Origin: Actinomycetota bacterium
GTDB lineage: Bacteria; Actinomycetota; Acidimicrobiia; Acidimicrobiales; Ilumatobacteraceae
Assembly: GCA_041181005.1 (NCBI GenBank)
Contig: JBEGQL010000032.1
Location: 13,082-77,081 of the forward strand
DNA length: 64,000 nt
Direction: 5' to 3'
In this document: positions 10,223-19,555 of the stretch, in pieces
How positions within the stretch are numbered: position 1 is the first letter of the stretch
How the letters are laid out: every line of letters starts with the position of its first letter
Made by a program: the position numbers and the translations under genes
Notes under the pieces: model-generated
What the model saw: only the letters and a program-made list of their open reading frames with translations
Database searches by the model: none
Told to the model about the DNA's origin: nothing

Positions 10223-10984
10223 TCAGCTGGTTCGTGCGCCCGTGCGGGGAGCGAGGCGGATGTCGTTGAACCTGAGGTTGACAAGGCGGAACGCCGAGAG
10301 CACCCGGATGACCCACCACCCCGGGTCGATCTCGGTCCGGCGGTGCGAGAGCCTCGGCGACGACGGGGCGGCGTGGTGGTTGTTGTGAAGACCCTCGCCC
10401 ATGGTGCAGAACGCCAGCCACTGCAGGTTGGTTGCACGGTTGTCATACGGACGCTTGCCGAAATGGTGCCCCATGGCATTGACGGCTGCTGAACCTGCGA
10501 GATATGCGTTCGCATGGATGAATGCAGCGAGGAAACCGGTGAGCGGTCCCATCACGACCATCAGGAAGGCGATGCCGAGCACGAGTCCGACGTACGAACG
10601 ATTGAAGATCGCCCTGTCCCACGCATCATCCTTGATGTCCTTCGTGTACTTGTCGAGCAGGTCGGGGTCGCGCAGGGCGGCGCGGTAGAGAGCCACGTTC
10701 TTCATCTGTACATGGCGCCACCCGAGGACCACCGGTGAGTGGGGATCGTCTTGCGTGTCGGTGAATGCGTGATGCTTGCGGTGGACTGCCACCCATTCGC
10801 GCGACTTGATCCCGGTGGTCAGCCACAGGATCATCCGGAAGACCACGGACAGCGAGGGACGGACCGTCATGGCCCTGTGGCTGAGCGCCCGGTGCAGGAA
10901 CACCGTCGTGGCGATGTTGGCCACAACGGTGACAGTGAGACCCACCACGGTGGCCAGGAACAGGGTCGAGAACACGTCTGACAT
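10223..10984 (-). CDS. membrane fatty acid (acyl-CoA delta-9 type) desaturase
   Basis: Three His boxes HRALSH, HRKHHAFTD, HNNHHA plus hydrophobic N-terminus; ATG 10984 preferred over GTG 11002. Confidence 0.85.
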   Translation of the reverse strand: MSDVFSTLFLATVVGLTVTVVANIATTVFLHRALSHRAMTVRPSLSVVFRMILWLTTGIKSREWVAVHRKHHAFTDTQDDPHSPVVLGWRHVQMKNVALYRAALRDPDLLDKYTKDIKDDAWDRAIFNRSYVGLVLGIAFLMVVMGPLTGFLAAFIHANAYLAGSAAVNAMGHHFGKRPYDNRATNLQWLAFCTMGEGLHNNHHAAPSSPRLSHRRTEIDPGWWVIRVLSAFRLVNLRFNDIRLAPRTGARTS

Positions 10985-11001
10985 GACCACACCATAACCC
11001 A

Positions 11002-11019
11002 CTACCTACTGGTAGGTAG
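11002..11019. promoter_or_regulatory. operator-like inverted repeat CTACCTAC-TG-GTAGGTAG in the desaturase/TetR divergent intergenic region
   Basis: Perfect 8-bp arms with 2-bp spacer read directly; 18 nt upstream of desaturase ATG and 33 nt upstream of TetR GTG. Confidence 0.4.
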
Positions 11020-11051
11020 GCACCTTTCAGAGCTTTGGATAGGTTTTCCGG

Positions 11052-11684
11052 GTGGCCCTCCTTGACCGAACTGAGCCTGACGAGGGCGAGACGAGATCCA
11101 CCCGCGACCTCATTCTCGATGAGGCGGTGCGGTGCTTCGCCGAGCGGGGCTACGAGGGCACGTCCCTCAATGACATCGCCGCGGGAGTGGGCATCCGACG
11201 GCCGAGCCTGCTGCACCACTTTGCGTCGAAGGAGACGCTGTACGGCGAACTCTTCGAGAGGATCCTTTCCGACTGGCTGGAGCGCGTGAACATCGCCGTC
11301 GCTCTCGATGCGTCCGGATGGGACAAGGTCGAACTCGTCCTGCGTGCCGGATTCGCCCTGTTCGAGGACAACCCGGACTACGTGAGGCTGATGCGACGGG
11401 AGGCGCTCGACGGTGGGGCACATCTCGGTATCGACCTCGCGTCGGTGCTGCGACCCCTGTTCGACGCGGCCGCCGAGTATCTGCGCACACAGATGGAGGC
11501 CGGTGTCCTGCGCCAACTCGACCCCCGCCATCTGCTGATCACGGGGTACGGAGCCATCCTCACGTACTTCTCCGATGCGCCGTTCGTGAACGGCCTGATC
11601 GACGACGAGGCGCTCACCCCGTCGAACATCAGGGAGCACGCCGACAGCGTGATCACGTTCTTCAGGTCGGCCCTCACTCCGTGA
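11052..11684 (+). CDS. TetR family transcriptional regulator
   Basis: N-terminal HTH ILDEAVRCFAERGYEGTSLNDIAAGVGIRRPSLLHHFASKETLY. Confidence 0.85.
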   Translation: MALLDRTEPDEGETRSTRDLILDEAVRCFAERGYEGTSLNDIAAGVGIRRPSLLHHFASKETLYGELFERILSDWLERVNIAVALDASGWDKVELVLRAGFALFEDNPDYVRLMRREALDGGAHLGIDLASVLRPLFDAAAEYLRTQMEAGVLRQLDPRHLLITGYGAILTYFSDAPFVNGLIDDEALTPSNIREHADSVITFFRSALTP

Positions 11685-11721
11685 CGGCGTCCGCGGAAAG
11701 TCGAACAAGTAGCGTTGCAAC

Positions 11722-13890
11722 ATGAGCGCCAGCGGGAACACACTGTCGGAACGTGAATCGAAGGCGCTCCTGGCGTCGTTCGGTGTGCCGTTCGCGGAGG
11801 AGGGCGTCGCTGCTGACCCGGCGGAAGCGAGGTTCCACGCGGAGCGCATCGGACGTCCCGTGGTGGTGAAACTCGGCGGCGCCGGCATCGCCCACAAGAC
11901 CGAACGTGGCCTTGTGCGCCTCGGGCTCGGGTCGCCGCAGGACGCCGAGAGTGCCGCCCGGGACCTGCTCGGCATGGCACTCCCCGAGGACGGCGAGGTG
12001 CATCTTCTCGTGGCCGAGATGGTGAAGGGTTCGCGCGAGTTGATCGTCGGGATGTTCTGTGACCCGCAGTTCGGCCCGACCGTGATGGTGGGTGTCGGGG
12101 GAGTCCTCGCCGAGGCCCTGGGCGATGTCGTCTTCCGTCCTGCTCCGGTGAGCCGTTCTGGCGCGCTCGGCATGCTCGCGCAGTTGCGCACGCAGAAGCT
12201 GCTCGGCGGGTTCAGGGGCGAGGCCGCCGTCGACCGCGAGATGGTCGCCGATGTGCTGGTCGCGCTCTCGCGGGTTTCATCCGACAGACCCGATGTCGTC
12301 TCGGTCGACGTGAACCCCCTCATCGTCCGGCCGGACGGCACCGTCGTTGCCGTGGATGCCCTGGTGGAGACGGGGACGCGAGCGACCCTCCCGTCACAGA
12401 GCCGGAGACACTCCGCAGAAGGGTTCAGGGCTCTCTTCGAACCGAAGGGCGTGCTCGTCACCGGGGCCTCGACCCATCCCGGCAAGTTCGGGTTCGTCTC
12501 GTTGCACAACATCCTCGCCAACGGATACGCGGGGTCGGTGCACGGAACCAATCTCAGCGGCGAGACCGTGCTCGGGATAGAGACCGTCGCGGACATCGAT
12601 GCCCTTCCTGAAGGTGTCATCGACCTCGTCTTCGTCTGCACCCCCGCGTCCGCGAACCCCGATCTGCTCCGGGCATGTGCACGCAAGGGCATCAAGGCGG
12701 CGTTCCTCACCTCCGCCGGCTACGGCGAGGCAGGGGACGAGGGTCGGAAACTCGAGGCGCAGCTCGTTTCTCTCGCCGACGAACTCGGCATCCTCCTGGC
12801 GGGACCGAACGGTCAGGGCGTGGTGTCCACACCCGCGCGTCTGTGCGCGCAGATCGTCGCGCCGTATCCACCCTCGGGGGCGATCTCCGTGGCGAGCCAG
12901 AGCGGCAACTTCGTGTCGAGTTTCATGAACTATGCACGTCAGACCGGTGTGGGAATCTGCAGAGCCGTGTCCGCCGGTAACGCTGCGGCGCTCGGTGTCG
13001 CCGATCTTGTCGAGTGGTACGGAACGGACCCGCAGACCAAGGTGTCACTCGCATACGTGGAGGGCATCTCCAACGGCCGGGACCTGATGGACCGGCTCGG
13101 GGCGGTTGCGGCGTCCAAGCCGGTGGTTGTCGTGAAGGGCGGAGCGACCGAGGGAGGGGCCCGTGCGGCTGCCAGTCACACCGGCGCTCTCGCCGCCAAT
13201 GACGCCGTCTTCGACGGGGAGTGCAGAGCACACGGCATCACCCGGGCGGCAACAGTGGACGAGGCCTTCGAGGCCGCCGCGACATTCGCCACCCAACCGT
13301 TGCCCCGCGGGAGAAACGTGGTCGTCCTCACGACAGCAGGAGGATGGGGCGTCGTCACGGCAGACGCGGTCACTCGGGAGGGAATCCTCGATCTCGTGCC
13401 CCTTCCCGATGATCTGCGGGCCGAGATCGACACCAAGCTGCCGCCCCGCTGGAGCCGCAACAACCCCGTGGACTGTGCAGGCGGCGAGACCCGTGACACG
13501 ATCCCGGAGGTGATGGGGATCATCGCGCGGCATCCGTCTGTGGACGCCGTCATCTATCTCGGAATCGGCATCCAGGCGAACCAGGCCCGGATGATGCGCG
13601 AGGGAATGTTCCACCCCGGTCATGGGCTCGGGAGGATCGTGGAGTACCACGAGCGCCAGGATGCGCGCTTCGCCGAGGCCGCCGCCTCCCTCAGTGACGA
13701 GACGGGCAAGCCGATCCTCGTTGCGACGGAACTCGCGGTGGCCGACCCGTCGAACGCCGGCCCGGCCACGGTACGTGCGAGCGGGCGACTGTGTTATCCG
13801 TCCGGGAACAGGGCGGTGACCGCCCTCGGGCACCTGTACAGGTATGCAGAGTTCGTGGGGGCGGTACGTGCCGGCCGGCCGACCGACTGA
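11722..13890 (+). CDS. ADP-forming acetyl/acyl-CoA synthetase (fused ATP-grasp + CoA-binding/ligase domains)
   Basis: N-terminal ATP-grasp-like region, then CoA-binding FEPKGVLVTGAS...GKFG and succinyl-CoA-synthetase-like SQSGN, HTGALA motifs; 722 aa. Confidence 0.8.
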   Translation: MSASGNTLSERESKALLASFGVPFAEEGVAADPAEARFHAERIGRPVVVKLGGAGIAHKTERGLVRLGLGSPQDAESAARDLLGMALPEDGEVHLLVAEMVKGSRELIVGMFCDPQFGPTVMVGVGGVLAEALGDVVFRPAPVSRSGALGMLAQLRTQKLLGGFRGEAAVDREMVADVLVALSRVSSDRPDVVSVDVNPLIVRPDGTVVAVDALVETGTRATLPSQSRRHSAEGFRALFEPKGVLVTGASTHPGKFGFVSLHNILANGYAGSVHGTNLSGETVLGIETVADIDALPEGVIDLVFVCTPASANPDLLRACARKGIKAAFLTSAGYGEAGDEGRKLEAQLVSLADELGILLAGPNGQGVVSTPARLCAQIVAPYPPSGAISVASQSGNFVSSFMNYARQTGVGICRAVSAGNAAALGVADLVEWYGTDPQTKVSLAYVEGISNGRDLMDRLGAVAASKPVVVVKGGATEGGARAAASHTGALAANDAVFDGECRAHGITRAATVDEAFEAAATFATQPLPRGRNVVVLTTAGGWGVVTADAVTREGILDLVPLPDDLRAEIDTKLPPRWSRNNPVDCAGGETRDTIPEVMGIIARHPSVDAVIYLGIGIQANQARMMREGMFHPGHGLGRIVEYHERQDARFAEAAASLSDETGKPILVATELAVADPSNAGPATVRASGRLCYPSGNRAVTALGHLYRYAEFVGAVRAGRPTD

Positions 13891-15280
13891 GAGGCGGCGC
13901 GCCGGGAACCCACTCCGCTTCGTGCTGACGGTGGGAGGGGCAGGGGCCCTGTTGCTTGGGTGTGCGTGGATCTATCTCGATGGTCTCGGATCGCGTGCGC
14001 AGTCGCTCGGCGGGACCCGCGAGTTGGGTGCCCCCCGCCGCCCCGTGTTGTCGGCTCGGCGCACGCCCGACACTCTGTCGTTCCTCACACGAACGAGGGC
14101 CGTGTCCTCCAGGATCGGGGAGATCACGGCGATCCTGCCTGAGAGTGCGTGCCTGGACGTCAACTGGCTCGGCCAGAGGATGGTGTCTGTTGCCCCGGAT
14201 TCGCCGCTCGTGCCCGGCAGTGTGATGAAGATCGTCACCGCGTCTGTCGCACTCGAGGTGCTCGGTCCGGATCGCCGGTTCGAGACGTCTGTGCGCGTGA
14301 CGAGAAACCCTGACGGTTCGGTGGCCGACCTGTTCCTGGTCGGTGGAGGAGACCCGGTGCTGACACGGGACGAGTACGTGGCAACCGAGAAGTACCCGTC
14401 CTTCAACAACACACGGCTCGAGGAGATGGCTGACCGGGTCGTGGCCTCGGGCGTGACGAGCATCACCGGACGGTTGGTCGGGGTCGACACGATGTTCGAT
14501 GCCGAACGTTTTGTTCCCGGCTGGCCGGCATCTTTCCACGGGGTCGAGGCGGGGCCCCTCGGCGCGTTGATGGTGAGTGACGGTGTGGTGACCGGACAGC
14601 CCGTCAAGCCCGACGACCCCGCTCTCTCCGCAGCGCAGGAGATGGTGGGTCTGCTCGCCGCACGCGGAGTGTCAGTTGCGGCGGGAGCAGCTCACGACGT
14701 GCTGCCGGAGGGCACGCAGGACCTCTTCGTGCAGCAATCAGCACCGTTGTCGGCGGTGGTGCAGGAGATGCTCGTCAACAGTGACAACAACACGGCGGAG
14801 TTGCTGCTCAAGCATGTCGGTCTCGCGCGCAAGGGTCTCGGCTCCACTGCGAACGGCATCGCAGCCGCGATGGAGGTCCTCGGCGAGTGGGATGCCGCGC
14901 AGGGTGTCGTCATGGTCGATGGTTCGGGCCTGAGCGGATCGAACAGGCTGACATGCGGAGCCGTCATGAGGATCCTCGACCGTGAGGCGAATGTCTTCCC
15001 GGGCCTTCTCGCAGTCGCAGGCGAGACGGGCACGCTGCGTGACCTGCTCACCGGTACACCGGCCGAGGGCCGGCTCGTGGGGAAGACGGGCACACTCTCC
15101 GGGGTGAAGGGACTCGCGGGATACGTCCCGGTCGAGGGCGAGGTGCCGCTCGAGTTCGCGCTTCTGATGAACAGGACCGGCATCGACAACAGGTCGGCAT
15201 ACCGACCCGTCTGGAACCGACTCGCCGAGTCGGTCGGTCGGGCGTCAGCCTCACCCAGACCCGGCGAACTGGCGCCGTGA
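13844..15280 (+). CDS. dacB: D-alanyl-D-alanine carboxypeptidase/endopeptidase (PBP4, peptidase S13)
   Basis: SVMK (SxxK), SDNN (SxN), KTGT motifs; N-terminal signal anchor; start 13844 overlaps upstream gene by 47 nt, GTG 13922 is an alternative. Confidence 0.85.
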   Translation: MQSSWGRYVPAGRPTERRRAGNPLRFVLTVGGAGALLLGCAWIYLDGLGSRAQSLGGTRELGAPRRPVLSARRTPDTLSFLTRTRAVSSRIGEITAILPESACLDVNWLGQRMVSVAPDSPLVPGSVMKIVTASVALEVLGPDRRFETSVRVTRNPDGSVADLFLVGGGDPVLTRDEYVATEKYPSFNNTRLEEMADRVVASGVTSITGRLVGVDTMFDAERFVPGWPASFHGVEAGPLGALMVSDGVVTGQPVKPDDPALSAAQEMVGLLAARGVSVAAGAAHDVLPEGTQDLFVQQSAPLSAVVQEMLVNSDNNTAELLLKHVGLARKGLGSTANGIAAAMEVLGEWDAAQGVVMVDGSGLSGSNRLTCGAVMRILDREANVFPGLLAVAGETGTLRDLLTGTPAEGRLVGKTGTLSGVKGLAGYVPVEGEVPLEFALLMNRTGIDNRSAYRPVWNRLAESVGRASASPRPGELAP

Positions 15281-15948
15281 CCCCGGTCTTCCCGCTGTCG
15301 CAGGCATACCTGCCGGGGGACACAGTGGTGTTGCGGGTGTTCGAACCGAGGTACCTCGCCCTTTTCGACGAACTTCAGGATTCGCACGCAACATCGTTCG
15401 TGACGGTTCTCATCGAGAGGGGTCGGGAGGTGGGCGGCGGAGACCGACGCTTCGGACTCGGTGTCACGGTCCGTCTGGAATCCGTCGACACATCGGACGG
15501 GATGCTCCTCGTGCACGGCCGCGCCGACGACCCGGTTCACCTCACGAGGTGGCTCGACGACGATCCTTACCCACGGGCAGAGACCACGATGGTCGATTAC
15601 CCGGAACCATCCGGGGCAGTGCTGTCGGATGCGGCGTCGGGCCTCACGCTGCTCGGGCAGTCGGTGCGGAGTCTCCTTGCGCGCCACGGCGTCGACCCGG
15701 AGAACGGTCCGGCACACCTGCTCGCCCCGTTGCAGACCGTGGCGTCGGGACGGTGGTACTCCGGGACGCCCGGCATGGCCGGCGTGCAGCACGCCTTCTG
15801 GGCCGTCGCCCGGTGCGTGCCGTGCGGACCGCTCGACCGTCACCTGTTCCTGCGTCCGGATGAGCTCCCCGACAGGGTGCGCGCCATGCGCAGGGTCATC
15901 GAGCACACGGATGAGGTGCTGAGGTTCTCTTCTGAACGTGGGAGTTGA
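15277..15948 (+). CDS. LON peptidase N-terminal (substrate-binding) domain protein
   Basis: VFPLSQAYLPGDTVVLRVFEPRYLALFDEL typical of Lon-N/PUA-like domain; GTGA overlap with dacB stop. Confidence 0.7.
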   Translation: MTPVFPLSQAYLPGDTVVLRVFEPRYLALFDELQDSHATSFVTVLIERGREVGGGDRRFGLGVTVRLESVDTSDGMLLVHGRADDPVHLTRWLDDDPYPRAETTMVDYPEPSGAVLSDAASGLTLLGQSVRSLLARHGVDPENGPAHLLAPLQTVASGRWYSGTPGMAGVQHAFWAVARCVPCGPLDRHLFLRPDELPDRVRAMRRVIEHTDEVLRFSSERGS

Positions 15949-15990
15949 GTGCCCTGCGGGCTTCGCCCGTCCGGTGCCTAGGCTGATGAC

Positions 15991-16377
15991 GTGATGAACC
16001 CCGGCAACTACGGCACCCGCGGGGTGGACACGGACCGCGGCGCGGCCCGGTCGTTGTCCCCGGGCGAGCGAGTCACTGATCTGGTCGACTCCGTGAAGAC
16101 GTATGCCATCCAGGAGACCGTGGGTCCGGCCAGGGGGGCAGCCCGCTGGTTGGCGTACGGAACGGCAGGCGCTGTTTTCCTCGGACTCGGCACGGTGTTC
16201 CTGGCGCTCGGTGCCCTGCGTCTGATCCAGGATCTCGGTGGAACGGCGCTCGGGGGCGGCTGGTCGTTCGTGCCGCATCTCCTGACGGCGGTGGTTCTCG
16301 CATGCGCGTCCACCGCGGCCATCAGGCGTGTCGGTCGAAGCTCGTTGGCGCGCGACAATGCGAGGAGGCCCGCATGA
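15991..16377 (+). CDS. small membrane protein (actinobacterial holin-X / phage-holin-family-like)
   Basis: 128 aa with two predicted TM helices (AYGTAGAVFLGLGTVFLALGAL, VPHLLTAVVLACASTAAI). Confidence 0.6.
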   Translation: MMNPGNYGTRGVDTDRGAARSLSPGERVTDLVDSVKTYAIQETVGPARGAARWLAYGTAGAVFLGLGTVFLALGALRLIQDLGGTALGGGWSFVPHLLTAVVLACASTAAIRRVGRSSLARDNARRPA

Positions 16378-16583
16378 CCGCAGACGAGCACATCTCGCGC
16401 GATGACCTGGAGAACAAGTTCCGCGCCCTGCAGGCCGACATTCTCGGAAGGGCTGAGGACCGCAGGCAGTCGCTCCTCACGGCAGGATCGATTGCGGCGG
16501 GTCTGGTAGTCCTGCTTGCGTACCTGCTCGGTCGCCGATCCGGTCGCAAGCGCGCCGGTCGTGTCGAGTTCCGTCGCTACTGA
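16374..16583 (+). CDS. small single-TM protein (DUF3618-like)
   Basis: ATG 16374 preceded by GAGGAGG and overlapping upstream stop (ATGA); 69 aa, helical N-part then TM LLTAGSIAAGLVVLLAYLLG. Confidence 0.5.
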   Translation: MTADEHISRDDLENKFRALQADILGRAEDRRQSLLTAGSIAAGLVVLLAYLLGRRSGRKRAGRVEFRRY

Positions 16584-16780
16584 TGCGCGTCCTGGTGAGG
16601 TTCCTCGCGGTGCAGACGTGGCGCCGGGTGGCACGGCGGTACCGATGGGCGGCGCGTCTGGCTCTTCTTCTCGGCCTCGTCCGGAAATGGCAGGCGCGTC
16701 CCGTGTCCCGAGTCAGGGTGAGGGTCAGACCCGGGGAGACCCTGGTGGTGGGATTCGAAGGGTCGGGACACCGTGAGTGA
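16583..16780 (+). CDS. hypothetical small basic protein
   Basis: 65-codon ORF, TGATG overlap with the upstream gene and overlap with trmI start; no motif. Confidence 0.35.
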   Translation: MRVLVRFLAVQTWRRVARRYRWAARLALLLGLVRKWQARPVSRVRVRVRPGETLVVGFEGSGHRE

Positions 16781-17540
16781 GGTGTTCGATCAGGGGGAGA
16801 AGGTTCTCTTCCTCGACTCCCGGGGTCGTCGTTATCTCCAGACCCTCGCTGTCGGTTCCGAGTTCCACAGCCACGCCGGACTCGTGCCGCATTCTGCCGT
16901 GATCGGTGTCGCGCCAGGGTCGGTCCTCACGTCGACGAAGGGCGCCCGATACACCGTGCTGCGCCCGACCCTCGAGGACTTCGTGGTGGAGATGCCACGC
17001 GGTGCACAGGTCATCTACCCGAAGGACCTCGCACCCATGTGCATGCTCGGTGACATCCACCCGGGAGTGCGCGTGTTCGAGACCGGTGTCGGCTCGGGTG
17101 CCCTGTCGATGACGATGTTGCGCTGGGGTGCGAGCATCCGCGGAATCGAGATGCGCGAGGACTTCCTCAACCGCGCCAGGTCGAACGTGTCGTCCTTCCT
17201 CGGTGCCTCCGCGCTCGACCGTTACGAAGTGTCCCTCGGGGATGCCTACGAGGGCCCACCCGACGGACAGTTCGACAGGGTGATGCTCGACCTGCCCGAA
17301 CCGTGGCGCGTGGTGCCGCACGCCGAGCGGGTGCTCGTCCGTGGCGGACTGCTGGTGGCCTACACCCCGTCGATCACCCAGGCAGTTCAGGTTCGCGAGG
17401 CACTCGGCAGCGCGTGGACTGACCAACGGACGCTCGAGGTGCTCCACCGGACGTGGCACATCGAGGGGATGTCAGTCCGGCCCGATCACCGCATGGTGGC
17501 GCACACGGCGTTTCTCACCGTGGGCAGGTTCGTCGGCTGA
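16773..17540 (+). CDS. trmI: tRNA (adenine58-N1)-methyltransferase TrmI
   Basis: Class I SAM-MTase motif VFETGVGSGALS, DRVMLDLPEPW; same position relative to arc as Mtb Rv2118c. Confidence 0.85.
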   Translation: MSEVFDQGEKVLFLDSRGRRYLQTLAVGSEFHSHAGLVPHSAVIGVAPGSVLTSTKGARYTVLRPTLEDFVVEMPRGAQVIYPKDLAPMCMLGDIHPGVRVFETGVGSGALSMTMLRWGASIRGIEMREDFLNRARSNVSSFLGASALDRYEVSLGDAYEGPPDGQFDRVMLDLPEPWRVVPHAERVLVRGGLLVAYTPSITQAVQVREALGSAWTDQRTLEVLHRTWHIEGMSVRPDHRMVAHTAFLTVGRFVG

Positions 17541-17786
17541 TCAGGGCTCGATGAAGATGCACTCGCCGGGGCATTCCTCGGCGGACTCGATGACGCCGTC
17601 GAGTTGACCCTCGGGAATGTTCGCGAGACCGTCGGCTCCCTGTTTGTTGCCCTTCGCCTCCGCGTACACGGTGGAGCCTTCCTTGACATAGGCGAGACCG
17701 TCGTCGAGGAGAGTGAACACGTCGGGGGCGATTTCCTCGCAGAGTCCGTCTCCCGTGCACAGGTCCTGGTCGATCCACACCTTCAT
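17541..17786 (-). CDS. ferredoxin (single-cluster, actinobacterial type)
   Basis: [24 protein letters not shown] ... ECPGECI cysteine pattern; 81 aa. Confidence 0.85.
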   Translation of the reverse strand: MKVWIDQDLCTGDGLCEEIAPDVFTLLDDGLAYVKEGSTVYAEAKGNKQGADGLANIPEGQLDGVIESAEECPGECIFIEP

Positions 17787-17928
17787 CTGGAATCCCTTCG
17801 TGTTCTTGCCCGGGTACTCCCGTGCTGCATCGCACGGCAGGACCCTTGCGGGGTTCGGGTCATGCTACACACGTCGACCGGTGGCACCGCGGTGCACGGA
17901 CGAGGGTCCAGGCAATAACCTGCCGCGT

Positions 17929-19527
17929 GTGACCGATGACAAGGCCCTCTCGGCCGAGATCGAACAACTGAGGTCCCGCAACGAGCGTCTGTCCTCCGCC
18001 CTGCGGGACACAAGGTCCGAACTCGAGCGGTTGAGGGACGAGGTGGACCGCCTTGCCGCGCCGCCGTCCGGGTACGGCACGCTCCTCGACACGAATGCCG
18101 ACGGGACAGTCGACGTGCTCGTGGCCGGGCGGAAGATGCGGGTCGCAGTTGCACCGGATGTGGCACCGGACAGTCTCATGCGGGGCTCGGAAGTGGTCCT
18201 GAACGAGGCGATGAACGTCGTGCTGGTCCGTGGACACGAGGGCAATGGTGAGGTCGGTGCGGTGGTCGAGGTCCTCGAGGACGGCGTGCGCGCGATGGTG
18301 GAGTGCCACAACGACGACCGGAGGGTCATGACACTCTGTGACGCCCTGCGCGGAACCCTCATCCGCCCCGGTGACCTGTACCTGTTCGATCCCCGCAGTG
18401 GAGTGCTTCTGGAACGCCTTGCCCGGCCGGAGGTCGAGGACCTTCTGCTCGAGGAGGTGCCCGACGTGAGCTACGACGACATCGGTGGACTGGATTCCCA
18501 GATCGAACAGATCGCGGATGCAGTGGAACTGCCTTTCCTGCACCCCGAGCTCTTCGCGGAATACCGGCTGCCCGCACCCAAGGGCATCCTCCTGTACGGA
18601 CCACCCGGATGCGGCAAGACGATGATCGCCAAGGCTGTGGCCAACAGTCTCGCCAAGAAGGTCGCGCAGAGAACCGGGGCCGACAAGGGACGCAGCTACT
18701 TCATCAACATCAAGGGGCCTGAACTGCTCAACAAGTACGTGGGGGAGACCGAACGTCACATCCGGCTCGTGTTCCAGCGCGCGAGGGAGAAGAGCATGGA
18801 GGGGTGGCCCGTCATCGTGTTCTTCGACGAGATGGACAGCATGTTCCGGGCGCGCGGCACGGGAATCTCCTCCGACATGGAGTCGACCATCGTGCCGCAG
18901 TTGCTCGCCGAACTTGATGGTGTCGAGAGACTGTCGAATGTGATGGTCATCGGTGCGACCAACCGTGAGGACCTGATCGACCCCGCCATCCTCCGGCCGG
19001 GTCGACTCGACGTCAAGATCAAGGTGGACCGACCCGACCGCGCCGCGACCCGACGGATCCTCTCTCGCTACCTCACGGATGATCTTCCGTACGCGGCTGG
19101 GAGCCCCTCTGTCCCGCAGATCATCGAGGCCACGGCAGACGAGATGTTCCGCACGGACACGACAACAGAGTTCCTGGAGGTGACGTACCAGAACGGCGAG
19201 CGGGAGACGCTGTACTACAAGGACTTCGCGAGCGGCGCCATGATCGACAACATCGTCCGGCGTGCGAAGAAGACCGCAATCAAGCGGCAACTTTCCGGAG
19301 GAGCTCCGGGGATCGGCCCGGACGATCTTCGCGAGGCGATCAGGGAGGAGTACAGGGAGAACGAGGACCTCCCGAACACGACCAATCCTGACGACTGGGC
19401 ACGCATCTCGGGCCGAAAGGGCGAGCGCATCGTGTTCATCCGCACCCTGGTGCAGTCAGACAGGCGCGACGGCACCGCTTCGGGGGGCAAGGCCATCGAA
19501 CGCACCGTCTCGGGCCAGTACCTCTGA
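17929..19527 (+). CDS. arc: proteasome-associated AAA ATPase ARC/Mpa
   Basis: N-terminal coiled coil ending [17 protein letters not shown], Walker A GPPGCGKT, Walker [11 protein letters not shown]-terminal GQYL; ORF-track start 17713 overlaps the ferredoxin gene, GTG 17929 or 17881 more likely. Confidence 0.93.
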   Translation: MTDDKALSAEIEQLRSRNERLSSALRDTRSELERLRDEVDRLAAPPSGYGTLLDTNADGTVDVLVAGRKMRVAVAPDVAPDSLMRGSEVVLNEAMNVVLVRGHEGNGEVGAVVEVLEDGVRAMVECHNDDRRVMTLCDALRGTLIRPGDLYLFDPRSGVLLERLARPEVEDLLLEEVPDVSYDDIGGLDSQIEQIADAVELPFLHPELFAEYRLPAPKGILLYGPPGCGKTMIAKAVANSLAKKVAQRTGADKGRSYFINIKGPELLNKYVGETERHIRLVFQRAREKSMEGWPVIVFFDEMDSMFRARGTGISSDMESTIVPQLLAELDGVERLSNVMVIGATNREDLIDPAILRPGRLDVKIKVDRPDRAATRRILSRYLTDDLPYAAGSPSVPQIIEATADEMFRTDTTTEFLEVTYQNGERETLYYKDFASGAMIDNIVRRAKKTAIKRQLSGGAPGIGPDDLREAIREEYRENEDLPNTTNPDDWARISGRKGERIVFIRTLVQSDRRDGTASGGKAIERTVSGQYL

Positions 19528-19555
19528 GAACCTCCCGGCCCGGGACGAGAGAACC

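Noticed and set aside
10626-12710. 694-aa ORF on the minus strand spanning the TetR and acyl-CoA synthetase genes
   Set aside because: It is antisense to two genes with clear motifs. The translation is Arg/Ser/Pro/Ala-rich with no motif, which is the typical stop-free shadow frame of a high-GC genome.
15991-16377. Holin-family protein as evidence of a prophage
   Set aside because: No endolysin, terminase, capsid, tail or integrase genes are nearby. This small membrane protein family is common in actinobacterial chromosomes outside prophages.
17713-17928. N-terminal extensions in the ORF track (arc from 17713, dop from 19262, prcA from 21922, pafA from 22584, HIT from 51158, SBP from 62125, gcvP from 42723)
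   Set aside because: The extensions overlap upstream genes or the riboswitch and translate to Arg/Pro-rich sequence. Family-typical N-termini ([28 protein letters not shown], lipobox signal peptide and others) begin at the internal starts I used.
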